DNA of 64,000 nucleotides from Lophium mytilinum (Eukaryota), in assembly GCA_010093605.1 (NCBI GenBank), contig MU004183.1, forward strand, positions 2,170,001 to 2,234,000, read 5' to 3'. The first letter of the stretch is position 1. The number at the start of each line of letters is the position of its first letter. Made by a program: the position numbers and the translations under genes. This document shows, in pieces, positions 34,503 to 48,228 of this stretch. The notes beneath the pieces are model-generated. The model searched no databases. It saw only the letters and a list, made by a program, of their open reading frames with translations, and was not told where the DNA came from.

Positions 34503-37500
34503 GATTAGGGACACAGCAGCTGCGGAACCCTTCGTAAAACAATGCGGACATGTCTCGCTATTTGTAGGACTCGGAAGCGGTGGCTTTAACTTCCCAAGAC
34601 GGTCACGCCGACGAGCAATATATTTCCAAGGTACAGTCGCACAACAAGCCTAGTGTAGTTGGTGCCTGGTTACGTGGTTGCGCAATTGGACAGCCGGTGG
34701 CTGTTTATGCGACAACGCAATATCACCTATAGCCAAGAATCAAGGGTGCAGGCATGTACCAAGGGGCCAGAAAACGTTTTAGGTGGACCTCCGCAGGGTT
34801 ATAGATTGCACACACTCCGTTTCGAAAACGCTTACGCTCTTTCTGACACTGAGCGGAGCTGATGATCTCTCGTCGGCCACATTCCTGCATTGGCAAATGG
34901 GTTGCCTTTACGTCAAAAACGGGTACTTTTAAGGCGACGTAAATCTAGACATGTGGTGTGAAGAAAGAGAGGTGTGGAAAGCATGAGTGGAATAGCTGAG
35001 AACCGATTTTCCTAATAGAAGCCTGAATCGAAGTAGAACAGAAACAAAGTTGTCCTGCACAACAACTCTTACGCTGGTACCTGTCTGCCCGCGACTGAGT
35101 GCTTGATCTAATACCTAGCCAAAAGATCAAAAAGAGGTACACGATCCCTACCTGGTTGTGCTGGCATTGCTCCGCAGCAGAGCCCTGCACTTCTATCCTA
35201 AGTGCTTAGCCATTCAGTCTCGCACGCGTGATAGCATCTGAGGTGGACAGCTTGATGATCCACCAGAGTAGCGCTCCGGGCGTATCTGAGTCGCTGAACT
35301 GAAGCTGAGAGTGAAGTGCAATCTGAGCAGACTCAGTTCGAACGGAGGCAAGCGTTTGCAATGTCCTCAATTGCTGCTAATTCCCATGGATCTACGATAG
35401 AAAAACAAGGAGCACAGGGAGCTGTCAGATCGTCTCGTTTCGTCAGAAGGAACGAGAGAATGGCGACGGTGATACTACAGCCGCAACAGGGTGCTCTCGA
35501 CGATCAGTATTGTATGTGTAGCCTTGTTGATATCTTGGTGATGCTTTAGCCAGCATGTAGTAGGGCAGACAGTCTTTTAAGAAGGGAAGGTCGCACAGTG
35601 TCCTCAGATCAAACAGGGCGAGCTGTCTGACTGACATGTGATCGGAAATGACTTGCAGTGCCTAGCCTAGTCATCTCTAGCGTATTGACACTCCTCGCCA
35701 CGATTGTGTCGCATGGGTATATTTTTAGAGGTCTGGAGATGCGCGAGATCTTGACCCCGTGGATGCTCCCTCAATAATGGACCCCTCTTCTGGGGTGCCC
35801 CGGTGGGGAAGCGGTTGGTCAGGATGACAGTTTGATATCTCATCCACGGTCTTGAAGCATCGAAGTTCTCCAAATGGTAGCATACAGTACAAGTGCCAAC
35901 GCACTAATGCACACCAGTGCCGACTCCGGCAGATGGTATTTCTTTCGTAGATACGCCTCTACTCTTGCGCCGGCCCCACAATGCACCCGAGAATCAAGCG
36001 GCGAAGTTGAAACGAAGAGATCTAGAACGTGAGGTTATTGTCACCATGTGCCATGTGGAAAGAAACAGACCCACAATTTGAGCACACACTCGTTCGCTCC
36101 ACTCCGCAGGCCCACTTCGCCGCACTTGTAGACTCAGGGTCTGATTCATGCACTTGAAGGCGAGTTACATGTACCCGCATTACGACCGGCTCCAGACGTC
36201 GTCCCCACAAACAGACACGGTCAAACGGGGTGCGCGATTCTGCTGCTGGAGCATTCAATACTGCCACACTACGACCTCGCGAAGCACGTAGCAGCACGCT
36301 AATGGCTTTCTGGCCTGACAGTCGCGCGAGAGAGCGATTGCGGGAGCGGGTCAGCACTCAACTTCCCCAGGATCTAGCCAGGCTGCGGACACACTCCCCA
36401 ACGCGGAGATGCATCCCCTCAGCTAACGGCTGGCTGGCGACAAGATAAAACGCCTCCCGCCGCGGGGTGCATGGCCAAACAGGCTGCGGGGAGAGGCGAG
36501 AGGTAGTATGGCACGGTGGTGACTTTGTTACTGTTTGGATTAGGCAGGAGGGCAACAACGCGAACGCGACTCGGAGATGGGGCCGCGCATCCATGAGCCA
36601 GGACGCAGAGAAGCACTAGATTAGGTGATAGAGCCGTCGTTCCAAGGTTGGGGAGCGGCGCTAGGGCCTCGGGCGGTAAATGCACGCGGCAAGAGATCTC
36701 GGGGGTTGGAGAGGTTGGGGTTGGGGTTTGGGGTCTCCAGGCTGGGACCACGGCGGCGTGATATTCGACGGCACGCGTCCGTCCGGGGCGGTGCCGACTC
36801 GCTCGTTGCAGCTGGAGACGAGTCGGTGAAGGCTGAGAGATAGGCCGTCTGCCGGTAGTCACGGCAGTTGCGCGGTTGATATTCGGGACCGCGAGCCGGG
36901 TGAATTGCGGGCAACGTCCAGAACAAGGACGTTGAGGTGGAAAAGACTTCGTCGGTGGCGTCTAGATCTAGGAGGGTGGTGCGTGATGCTCCCGGAGGCG
37001 CTGCGAGAGAAGGGGAAAGGTTGCAGTGCTAGAGCCAGAATGCGTATTTGGCGGCGCCCAGGATTCCAGAGCATTGTGTGTTTATGCAGTTCATGGCGTT
37101 TTATAGTCGTATAGTCAGCTAGTTAAGCAGAGATGGCGGTCCAGAACACTTCTAGTGCTGATATTCTCACCCAAGTCGATCTGTAGCAGGCCAAGCTAGC
37201 TGATTAAGATCACTCTTCCGGTAATCTAAGAGGGGCGAACAAGTCCTAAAGATCCGTGTTTCAAGCGCTGGGCAACGCTAAATACGCACATGGCTGAATG
37301 GCTGGAGGCGCTGACGGCGGCTTTTGCCCCTGGCTCGCCGTTGCATTGCTGCCCTGCAGCCACTCAGTCTGCTCCAATTGCTTGTTTGCCAGAAAGCCAC
37401 TGGTGTAGATGATCAGGAGGCCAAGAGGAGCCTTAGCCAAGCTTATCGGGACCTCCGTCCTGCGTGCCAGTCGCTTGAAACAACACATCGCCGTGCATCG

Positions 37501-38766
37501 TGAGCCCCGTGGCACGGCAGACTCAAGGTACGCCGCAAACGGCCCCCTTCCTGGCGTGTATGACGGTAAGTTTGTCCAGACGGCACAGTGAAAACAACAC
37601 AGGGCGGGTCAGCATCCAGAGCCTCGACTCCGGGCCGCATTCCTTTGGGCAGACCTGAGCTTTTAGAGTTACCAATCTAACAGCCTCCCGGTAGACCAAT
37701 CAGTAGCGGAACATATATTAGCGCTGGCATCGCGTAGGATGATGCTAGCAGCGTCTCGCAGCCATGGATGGACTTACCCAGCGCCGGGACTGGGAGCATA
37801 TGGAGCTAGGACTGCGTGCGAAAGCATCTCGTCGCGGACCGGGCCTTGGCAGACCGCGATGGTGGTCTCCTTCGAGCGGCAGTATGCACATCCATGACCT
37901 GAGCCATGGATGATCAGCCTGCTCGGAGTCCCGCAACGTCTGTGATTGTCGCGGCACGGCGATGCCAACCTGGAGCTGCATGTAAGGAAAGGATCAGGCC
38001 GCCCACGTCCCCGTACCTACAACGGCCCTGTCAGCCGTCTTCGCGGGCATCACAAACGTCGCCCTCCCCAAGCGTCACAACTCACAAACCTCGTGAACAA
38101 AGCCGCAAACACCACAACTCGGCTCCGCGACGGCGAAGCCCACCGCTAGTTAGATGCCTCGGCGAGCGTCCTCCACCACCAGGGGGCGTAGTGCAAGGCA
38201 CGGGAAGGATGCGGTGGCGGGGCCACCACAGCGTGCACAGCGCGTCTGGCGTCTTCGGAGGCTCACTGGATCAAGCCTGCTCCGCCTGTAATCTCGTTGT
38301 AATTCGCTCACTGGAGCTCCCGAGGCCACGGCGTCGCTGGCTGCACGAAAAATCTGCAGGCCACACAGCTAGGCCGAAGCTTGATACCTCCTCCCGTGAC
38401 CCCAGGCTTTGCTCCATCTCCGCCACGATTCCCGCTAGAACTATGGGGTCTCCACCTCCGCCCTTTGTCACGACGCTCGCCGACTACCTCGTGACAGTCC
38501 AGCTGGAATCAGCAAGGGAACCGCATGGCCCAGCCGCGCTTCAGCCGCCGCCAGCCTGGGGCCCGGCTGCTGGGAGCTACACATTGGCTGGGTGCGGGCA
38601 ATCCTTCGAGAAGGAATTCGGGCTCCTGGTGTGCTGGGGCACGGATGGGCAGCCTGATCCGGATAGGTCGAGGTGAATGCTACTGTACCCGCACCAAAGC
38701 GCCACAGCTCTGCAGTATCACCATCGCAGGGGACACATGTATTAAATAGAGGCCGCCCGCGACGAT

Positions 38767-38849
38767 CTGGGGTTTTTCCTCCTCCATCCCCAGCTCTTAA
38801 TTCTCCCCGGGCCCCGCTCCAGCTGCAGCGCAGTTTCACTCACTATAAA
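38767..38849 (+). promoter_or_regulatory. Cluster of five CreA/Mig1 consensus sites (SYGGRG) next to a TATA box
   Basis: CTGGGG at 38767, CCCCAG at 38788, CCCCGG at 38805, CCCCGC at 38812 and CTCCAG at 38817. TATAAA at 38844 lies 85 nt before the sugar transporter ATG. Confidence 0.6.
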
Positions 38850-38928
38850 TTACTTCCTCCCTCTTTCCTCCTCCACCAAACACACTGCACCACCAAAACA
38901 CAACTCCACCCCCAACACAACCGCAACC

Positions 38929-40775
38929 ATGCCTGGCGGAGGAGTTGTCCCCATCAGCGGCACGACCGATGTCAATCGCGTCGAAGCCCCCGTGACAGTG
39001 CGCGCCTACCTCATCGTCGCCTTTGCTGCCTTTGGCGGTATCTTCTTCGGCTACGACACTGGCTGGATGGGAGGTGTTCTTGGAATGCCCTACTTCATCA
39101 AGCAGTACACCGGCAAAGAGTACCCCTCGACCAAGTTCCCCGGCGACACCAGCAGCGATGCCTACAAGGCCTACAAGGACACCTTCAAGGTCCCCGCCTG
39201 GGAGCAGTCGCTCACCACCTCAATTCTGTCTGCCGGTACCTTCTTCGGAGCTATTATCGCTGGTGATGTCGCCGACTTCATCGGTCGCCGAACCACCATC
39301 ATCATGGGCTGCTTCATCTTCACCGTTGGTGGTATCCTCGAGACTGCCTCCACGAGCATCGGTGTGATGGCCGCTGGCCGTATCATCTGCGGTCTCGGTG
39401 TTGGTTTCATCTCCGCTATTGTCATTCTGTAAGCGCCTCAAATCCTCGGTTCCGTCGCAAAACTAACAATTGTAGGTATATGTCTGAAATCGCGCCCAAG
39501 AAGGTCCGTGGTGCCGTCGTTGCCGGATACCAATTCTGCATCACCATCGGTATCCTCCTCGCCAATTGCGTTGTGTATGCCACCCAGAACCGCAAGGACA
39601 CTGGCTCTTATCGTATCCCGATTGCCGTCCAGTTCCTGTGGGCGATCATCCTCGGCACCGGTCTTGCGCTTCTCCCAGAATCCCCGCGTTACTTCGTGAA
39701 GAAAGGTAAGCAGCAAGGATCTCATATATTCACGTATTCGTACGCTAATCACGTGCAGGCAAGCTCGACAAAGCCGCAAAGGCTCTGGCTTCCGTCCGCG
39801 GCCAGCCTATTGAATCCGAGTACATTCAGGACGAACTTGCTGAAATCATTGCCAACCACGAGTACGAGATGTCCATCCTGCCGCAAACCACCTACCTCGG
39901 TGGCTGGGCCAACTGCTTCAAGGGCAGGATCACGGACGGATCGTCCAACGTCCGCCGTACTATCCTCGGTATTGGTCTCCAGATGATGCAGCAGCTCACT
40001 GGTATCAACTTCATCTTCTACTTCGGCACCGTTTTCTTCCAACAGCTCGGCTCCATCTCCAACCCCTTCTTGATCTCCCTGATCACCACCCTCGTCAACG
40101 TCTGCTCTACCCCGGTCTCGTTCTACATTGTCGAGCGCTTCGGTCGCCGAACTCTCCTCATCTACGGTTCCATGGGCATGATCACTATGCAGTTCATTGT
40201 TGGTATCATCGGTGCGACTGCCGGAAAGACCTCGGAGCACAACCATGCGGCCGTTAGCGCTATGATCGCCTTCATCTGCTTGAACATCTCCGTTTTCGCC
40301 ATGACCTGGGGTCCCACTGCCTGGATTCTCGTTGGAGAAATCTTCCCCCTCACCATCCGATCGCGCGGTGTTGGTCTCTCGACCTCGTCCAACTGGTTCT
40401 GGAACTGCGTAAGTCAACTCCCCAAAAACTGTTTCCAAATAAAACAGCCTCTAACAGTCTACACAGATCATTGCCGTTATCACTCCTTACCTCGTCGGCG
40501 ACGGCCCCCACGACGCCAACTTGGGCTCCAACATCTTCTTCATGTGGGGTGGTCTTTGCTGCGTCTCGCTCGCATTTGCCTTCTTCCTCGTTCCAGAGAC
40601 CAAGGGTCTTTCGCTCGAGCAAGTCGACAAGATGTTGGAAGAGTCTACTCCTGCCACCTCAGCCAAGTGGAAGCCCCATTCCACTTTCGCTGCTGAGATG
40701 CATCTCGCCGAGAAGCACCTCGAGATCCCTGTCAACACTGAGCATGTCTCCGACAAGGCTGCCGACAATGTGTAA
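38929..40775 (+). CDS. MFS sugar porter (monosaccharide/hexose transporter), 4 exons
   Basis: FGGIFFGYDTG, DFIGRR, YMSEIAPKKVRG, PESPRY, QQLTGINFIFYFG, VERFGRR, GEIFPLTIR and PETKGLSLE. Confidence 0.96.
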
Positions 40776-41581
40776 ATAGTTTCTCGTGTGATGGAACTTG
40801 CGATTGCTTGCGGAGGAGCGAGGTCGATATATCCCGGAGCGTGAAATGGTCTTCCCTTGCCTGCATTGTACCTGGTAGATGGCTATAGTGTCTTGCCGAT
40901 TGGACATAGAAGCATAGAGGAAGCATCATCCTAATACCATAGCTTTCCAGCTTTCACTTTTGAAACTCCCTGCATTGCATGTGATTGTTCTTGTGTCGTG
41001 CATGTTTCGCCTGACAGGGCTGAGAAGTTACTCCAATACCCAGCATTTCTCGTATATGCTGTGCCTCAAGAGTCTGCTATGCGGTTGGGATCGGGGAAAG
41101 ACTTGTTTCAGCTGTGGATTGATGAGGTTGGTTTTGGAGTTGATGTGTTGCACAACGTAATACAAGGCTAGGACCCAGACCCAGCGTCTGGAACTGCTGC
41201 AGGAATCCAATACCAAGGCGCTGACCCGCATTCCTGACATGGAACAGATCATCTAGTTTAGAGGGCTGTACCTGGTCTCTGGTAGACTGATGCAGAGAGC
41301 ACGTGACTAGACGCTTGGGCCATCTCGGACTTCATCTCATCCCCGCTCAAGATACTCCTTCGCGATGGGGATGTTGACGACTCAATGTGACGATTAACGA
41401 ATTAAACTCCATCATTCTATAGCTAATTGAACTGTTTAACGCTGGCGTGAGTCAATTTAGATGCTCCGCCTTCTCCAAGCCAGGATTAACGGCAGTCCAA
41501 GGCCCGAAGGCTTTGGGCTTACCTTGTAGGCTGATGTACAGGTATATACTTTGATGCCTTAAGTCCTTTTCCCATCACAGG

Positions 41582-43284
41582 ATGAAGCTTTCCCAGAGTT
41601 ACTGGTTCTTCATTTCTATCTTTCCTACTGTCGCGTTGGGCGGAATCCAAACGGCTCTCCAAGCCACGGGTGGAGTCATAAAAGGAGTTCGTCATACGTG
41701 TTTCTTCAATCACTCTGTTCCATCCTGTCTTAGATTCTATACTGGGTGCTAACAATGAACTGTTAGTGTTTGGAGCTACAAAGGCTCCTCCCTAGTCAAA
41801 CTTTCTTCGCAGATTCTCCGGAATATCAAACCCAACAGAGTCACTACTGGACATCGCAGCAGGCGACAGATATCCATCCACGCTGCCGTGTAACACCGTA
41901 CTCCACAGACGACTTACGCAGTATCGTCAAGGTTGTTGGAAGGCACCAAGCCACGTTCGCCACCAAGAGCGGCGGCCACTCTACTGTTTCGGGGGCTTCG
42001 AACATTGACGACGGAATCACCGTTGATCTGGCCGGCCTCAACAGCACTGAACTATCTGTTGATGATTCCAGTGCCTGGGTCGGTATTGGAAACACTTGGT
42101 TCTCCGTCTACCGTGACCCTACGCTCACATCCGCGGGCCTCTCCGTTACCGGCGCGCGTGCTGGTACCGTTGGGGTTGGAGGCTTCCTCCTTGGCGGCGG
42201 GTTTTCCTGGCATTCTGGACGCAATGGCTGGGCCTGCGACACAGTCCTCGATTTCGAGGTCGTCCTTGCGAATGGCAGTGTCGTCTCTGCAAATGAAAAC
42301 GACAACCCCGATCTCTTTTGGGCCTTGAAAGGAGGCGGAAGCAACTTCGGCATCGTCACGAAAGTCAAGATTCCGGTGTTCAAACAAGATTCAATGTACA
42401 TGGCCACAACATCGTACGAGGGTAACGATCTCCCTGATGTCTTAGTCGCTATGGAAGACTTTACCGCGGAAGCTGAAGACCCCGATGCCGGTCTGTTCAT
42501 GACTATTGCGTGTGACGCAAAATGGGGGATGTGCTATAACGTAATGATGTTCGTTAACACCGCCAGTAACACCTCTTCTTCAACATTTGAGCCCTTTGAG
42601 AAAATCCCAAGCTTCGAGAACGGTTCAGAAATTATGGACATGGGGGATCTTAGTAAGATGTTGAGCGACCAACCTGGTACGAAGTTTAGGTAAATTCATT
42701 GCTATATACCTTGAGGCCATTGGTCTCTAGATTTGAAAGCTGTTCTAATCAGGTCTAGGAAGGAAAAATTTACACTCACATTTCGAAACCACAGATCCGT
42801 ACCATTGATGCTATATCTGGCGTCTCGTATTCATCACTATGTTCATGACCCTGCCTACCTTAGAGGCGCTCGCGTGATTGCCATTACATTCCAGCCTCTC
42901 ACGAGCCGGCATATTTCCTCTTCCGGCAATGCATTTGGGCTAGACGCTGAGAAAGAACCTTTGATTCGTGAGCCTCTCAGTCTTCTTCCCTTCAACTATC
43001 CCTGATCGGTCTTGTTAGTGTTCTCCGCGGAGGTCCACTGGGAGAGCTCGACCCGAGACCAGCACTTCCACGACGAGTTTCAATCACTAGAGAGCCTCTT
43101 TCGCAAGGAAGCGGAAAGTTCGGGCCTCTTACACCCGTTCGTGTATCTCAATTACGCTGCTAGCTGGCAGAAACCGTTTGAGAGCTATGGCGACCGGAAT
43201 CTGAAGCGGCTGAAGGACGTGAGAGGTCGGTTTGATCCGGATGGGGTGTTTACGAAGCTGCAGCCCGGGAGTCTACATCTGTGA
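41582..43284 (+). CDS. Secreted FAD-linked oxidoreductase (VAO/berberine-bridge type, FAD_binding_4)
   Basis: Signal-like N-terminus, KSGGH (covalent-FAD His), VGVGGFLLGGG, DLFWALKGGGSNFGIVT and YLNYA...FDPDGVF. Three introns. Confidence 0.9.
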
Positions 43285-43563
43285 TTATGGAGTGCGTCCA
43301 GTTGACGGCGTTTCCTATGAAGTAGTCAACAACGGCATGAAGCTGTGGCTTGCAGCTCATGTGCTGATTCCGATGCTGAAGTGGCTCGGAGTTTCCTTGC
43401 CATACTAGACTTCCACACAACAGGCAACAACGGCTCGGCAATGATAACAACAACAACAATTCTGTACTTGAACACCTCTCACACAACTACAATGCTACCT
43501 CTCAAGCTTAACCTATCATTAAATACCACATCCACTCAGCCCATTGATTCAGACACGTTTGGA

Positions 43564-44573
43564 ATGTCCTACGAAGGCTACGTCCAAGACTGGTGCGACG
43601 AATGCAAGACCAGAGGCCGCGCACTCAAATACCTCGTCTTCCACGACCAAATCATCTGCTCCAACTGTAAGCTTCTATCCCTCCACAGCCCAACCATTGG
43701 TACTAACGCGAGCCCCAGGCCGAGAACAACATGTCTGCGACCATCTTTCGAACCCCCTTTACCACCCCCCCACCAACCGCTGGTACGACTCCGACCCATA
43801 CAAACGACTCGAATGGATGGGCCGCTTCGCGCGCCAGCTCTCCGCCGACGCCGTGACGCGCCATTTCCTCACCCGCGACGCGCTCACCGCAACCGGCCTC
43901 CCCCACGACCTCTGCCCCTCAACCAGCCTCGACAGCCTGCACGCGCTCTGGGCGGTCCTCTCATCGGCTTACGAGGCCATCGGGCCCCGTTTCGCGGCCT
44001 CGGGCCACACAACGGCAGAATGGTGCTCGCGCGCGTGGTACGGCGGGATGCGAGCGTGTGTGCGGTTCACCGTGGCGTAGGTTTACTTACTATTCGAAAA
44101 CTAGGCGGACGTGACTGTGGATGGCTGGCTAACTGACTGTGCGATGGGGAATCAGGTATCTGCCTTCCTGGCGCCAGCGCGATATCCCCGAACGGGCGCT
44201 CAACGTCAAGCCGGTGGGGTTGTTGCATCCCGAGGACTGGGAACTGGTTTCGTACGTCCCAGAGGTTTCGTACGCCCCAGAGGATGCGCTTAGTGACTGG
44301 ATTCGGCTACCGTCGGCGACGATCACGCCTGAGGGGGACGCGGCTGTGATAGGGGCGCAGAGGGGGGTCAGCGAGGGGCAGAGGTGGACGTTTGAGCAGG
44401 CGCACGATGGGCGGATTCTGGATGCGGTGCCAGGCGAGGAAGCTATAATTCGGCGCTTCACCCCCATAGATGTATATCTGAGGGACGTTACTGAGCGGCT
44501 GGCTCTTTGGGTGCGGAGAGGGGCGGTGCAGCGGGTGTTTAGGAACCCGCCTTTCGAGGATGGAGAGTTGTGA
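43564..44573 (+). CDS. Hypothetical protein (3 exons; N-terminal CxxC...CxxC-like motif)
   Basis: MSYEGYVQDWCDECK...IICSN, intron (GTAAGC...TACTAAC...CAG), then the ORF to ~44080, a second intron, and a final ORF ending at 44573. No family recognised. Confidence 0.55.
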
Positions 44574-44821
44574 GAAAGATGATGGCGATTCGACGATGGC
44601 TAGAGGGTTGGAAAGGGCTGAAAGTTTGGACATTCGGGAGCTTTGGGCAGGTAGATTTTGGGTTGGGTGTGACTTGGGGGTACGAAACACCACGATACTG
44701 TAAATTAGATGTATACTAAAGTCTGTAAGATTAGCGTTGTTACATTAGTGGACGTTATATGTGTGATCCCTCGCTCTGGATGTTACCTTACTTTTTTGAT
44801 AGTTCCCGCTGTCTAAACATA

Positions 44822-45035
44822 GCACGCATCGTAGTGCCTTTTAATGGAAAAAGGTACAAATCTAACGGCGTGAGACAATCTTCGACAGACGCCAGGGCAC
44901 GCAAAGGATCACTCTACGTGCACTCAGCGTAGTCCCTCTTATTGGAAGAAGTCACATATCTAACGGCATAAGAGAATATTTCATAAACGCGGAGGGGCAC
45001 AAAAGGGGCACGCTGCGTGCACCTAATGTGCCACC
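44822..45035. repeat. Degenerate tandem repeat, ~98-bp unit, ~2.2 copies
   Basis: ATCTAACGGC at 44860 and 44958, each followed by GGGCAC..AAAGG...CGTGCAC. Confidence 0.75.
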
Positions 45036-45454
45036 TAGGACCGCATGTTTTTCCAGGCATAGCCCCAGCTATCGATCAGACAAAGGTAGGGCTGGTGAGT
45101 ATCACGCAAGAGAGAATATGTAGTTAGAATGATGTATCGGTCATTCATGCCTTGAAGGCATATGTAATTGAGAGACTAGTCCGATTCAGTGAGCACGCCC
45201 TTCTTCGCCTTGACCTTCACATTCAGAAACTCGTTGTAAGCCTCCTTCTCCGCCGAGTCCAAAGTCCAAGATTGCTTTAAAGCCCGAACAACCCTGAAAA
45301 CATAGGCTTCAAGCTGAGCTAACTTCGTAGGGATCGAGTTCGTGAGGTTGCGGATCTTAGGAAGTACTTGGAGAGCCTACAAGACATGCTAGCTTCAACC
45401 CTATGCTTGCAATATTGTAAGGGTATACAAGCTGCTTAAGTAGTAGTCTGTCTT

Positions 45455-45772
45455 GACACCGCCTGAATTGGCCTAAAGAGCGATTAGGCTTGCCAAAATC
45501 GTCGTTTTCCAGTCATCAGCCACGTATTGGGGCACCTCAAGCGGTGTCAGATACGTGTACAGTCTCTGTCATAAATTTGTGCACACCCGGTGACCCATTT
45601 GCCACTACTAAGATACCCCCGTTATCGTCCCCAAGCCTCGCATATAGCTTTCGACTTTCTGTAGTACACTAGCCTAGCACCGCCTGGGGTCTTCTAGTAC
45701 ACTATAAGACATTGGAAAAGGTCAGTTTTAACAAGACTGAAGGCTCTGTGGGCCACCTCAAACGGTGTCAGA
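45455..45772. repeat. Two oppositely oriented copies of the ~95-bp element (45455-45550 and 45676-45772)
   Basis: GACACCGCCTGAATTGGCC...CACCTCAAGCGGTGTCAG and GCACCGCCTGGGGTC...GGGCCACCTCAAACGGTGTCAG. Confidence 0.6.
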
Positions 45773-45870
45773 CTGTCCCTTTGCACAGTTTTTTCAACAG
45801 AAAGTAGGTTTGTTTGAGACCTATACTAGTGCTTCCGAGCCAATGTGAGTATTGCCCGCGGCGATGTCGA

Positions 45871-46985
45871 TCACAACTCTGCCCTGACAAATCCCCTCCT
45901 GGCGTGTAGGTCGTGCGCCTTCTTCACCCTCCTCCATTCCGACCACACCTTATGACCTTTTCCTCTCCAGGATTCCTGAAATGCGTGAGCACACTTCGCC
46001 AGTTCCAGATGATCCTTGTGGGTGTGATAGCTGCAGAGATCGTGTTTCTCGAAGGCTTTGTGCTTCGTTGGATCGTCGGACTTGTATGTTCCTTTCAGAA
46101 CCGACAGCAGGATGAGAATCATGGGTGTCAGAGCCTCCCTCGAGAGTTGTGAAAACTCTTCAGTAATCGCGTCATTGAGAAGCGACGACTTCACGACGTT
46201 GGCCGCGTGGCTCTCACGGACAAGCTCAACAATAGCGATGAAGACAGCCCCGAGCATGCCGTCTGGCAATTCTTCGATGATAGATTCCTCAGAGCCAACC
46301 TTCGCAATGGGAAGATAGGCTAGAGGTAGACGGTACATTAGCACATGGTTGAATGTAGTGAGATGAAGGTAGTTTATACCATAAACGAGGCAATCCATGA
46401 AGTACTGTATGATTTTCGAGTTCAAGCGGATCCGCCTGTCCAGGTGATCCAGTGACGAAGCAGGCGAGAAAGCAGGCGAGTCCATGTCCGCGAATGCGTC
46501 TCCAGTCCAGCCATCGAAAAAATTCTCTGCTCGGGCCATCCTCTTGGTGACTTCGACGACGCGGCGCTCGTGTATCTTGTCAATGATGCCGTTCTGTAGG
46601 GAATTGACCAGCTCACTATCCGCGAAGATGTAGAGGTCCAGCAAGTCTAGGTGATCCTTGACGTGGTCAAGGCTCTGCGTCTCTAGCCACTGATGGAAGT
46701 GGGCGAACACACGGACGCTCACATCAGGGAGAGGGACGATGCCCGATTCCCCTTCTTTCCATCTCTCAGAGTTGAAGATCGCGCGGAAGTGAGGAGAATA
46801 GTGGCATATAAGCTCCTTGTAGATGAGATACGGCTCAGCATCGGGACCAACGTTGACGGTGATGAGGGTCCGATGCAGATCACTGAGTGAGGTAAAACAG
46901 TCAGTGGTGGCTTTGGATGGCGGTTTAGTGTGACTTACCGAAAGGACGGGCTGCCATCTGGAACTGGCTCCATGACTGCGACCAT
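45871..46985 (-). CDS. BTB/POZ-domain protein
   Basis: After a short first exon and intron (~46938-46886): ITVNVGPDAEPYLIYKELICHYSPHFRAIFNSERWKEGESGIVPLPDVSVRVFAHFHQWL...LLDLYIFAD...LQNGIID, a typical fungal BTB pattern. Start is 46985 or 46973. Confidence 0.8.
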
Positions 46986-47136
46986 GTCGTGTGGGTGGAA
47001 TGTGGATGGAAAAGCAGGTTGTAGGTCGAGGTCTTTAAGATTGTGGAGGACGCTTACTAAGGCACGCGCAACCACGTGGAAACTGTGAGCTGGTCGCGAT
47101 AAGTGCAGTCTGAGGTCGGTTGGGACGAAAGGCTTG

Positions 47137-47481
47137 CCGCTGTCTGAGGTGGCCTGGAGAGCTATGAGGCTTTCCAAAGATGACATTTAGTAGTTGCCGA
47201 GGACATCCAGGGGGCTTCAAGCGGCGTCAGGTAAGTGTACACAGAAACGCTGGACATGAAAAAGTGGCACACTCAGCAAGCATTTTGTCTCATGCGGTCG
47301 TTGTGTACACCTGTCTGCCACTGCTTGAAGTGCTTCAACTAGTTTCCCCATAGCCCAAAGCTAAGAGTTTATATCTCTTTCATATGGTTAAAACCCCATT
47401 AAAGCACCACAAGCAGCGACAGACAGGTGTACACAAGGTAGATCTCTTGGTGAGTGCGCCACCTTTGTCATGCCAGGCGTG
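47137..47481. mobile_element. ~95-bp element (47137-47230) abutting a second copy of the foldback/MITE (47246-47481)
   Basis: TGTACACCTGTCTGCCACTGC and ATAGCCCAAAGCTA are shared with 14434-14655. Inverted arms CATGAAAAAGTGGCACACTCA...TGAGTGCGCCACCTTTGTCATG. Confidence 0.75.
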
Positions 47482-48228
47482 ACAGAGTGTGTATTGCAAG
47501 AATAGGAAATTGTGAATCAGGATCACGGATTCTTCAATTTGAGATCAGAGGAACGGTGAATAGGAAACTCTTCATTTTTTGAGAGGACTTGAAATAATCA
47601 CCTATATACTTGCCGTATCACCAGAATCATTCGAGAACTGCGTAAGTGACCGAAGCAATAGCCATGCGAAGGCATCTGCAAGCCAGAGCCAACGCGGCCG
47701 CTTTTTAGACTATCTAGTACAACTGAACGCTCGCCCTGCGCAGGCTCAGCCTAAACCGAACCGGAAATCCCAATTCCGTACCCCGACATTGACGAAAACG
47801 ATTCAAGACGAAGGAATATGAGTCCATCAACAAATGACACCGCCGAGAGAAGGATCGAAAAACAAGGATAGAAGACAAAAAGGGTAAAATTCGTGTACTA
47901 CCCACCCTGCCCCACTCCACCAGGCCCCAAGCCCAAAACTCTGGACTTTCGTTCCCCCGTGGCTTTCTCATCAAAGCGTGGAACAAACTCAACACGGATA
48001 CTCATCGGTTAAGTCGATTGTCGAGAGCAGAGAATGACTAGCTGAAAACACACACCAGAAATAGACTCCTGTAGCATACATGACTGAACTCCTGCGCCCA
48101 ACCGCCACTTTGCATATTTCCAAACAGAAAGCAAACATCTCCACTGTGAAGCCATGACCAGAACTCGTAGATCTATAGCAACGTAGGTCGAGCGCTTGGT
48201 GGGAAATCTCCAAGGCAAGAGGTTTGGC

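Noticed and set aside
36700..36733. Four G-runs (possible G-quadruplex)
   Set aside because: A single short motif with no supporting context; such motifs are common by chance.
37906..38676. 256-aa ORF upstream of the sugar transporter
   Set aside because: Low-complexity Arg/Pro/Ser composition typical of GC-rich non-coding DNA, and no domain.
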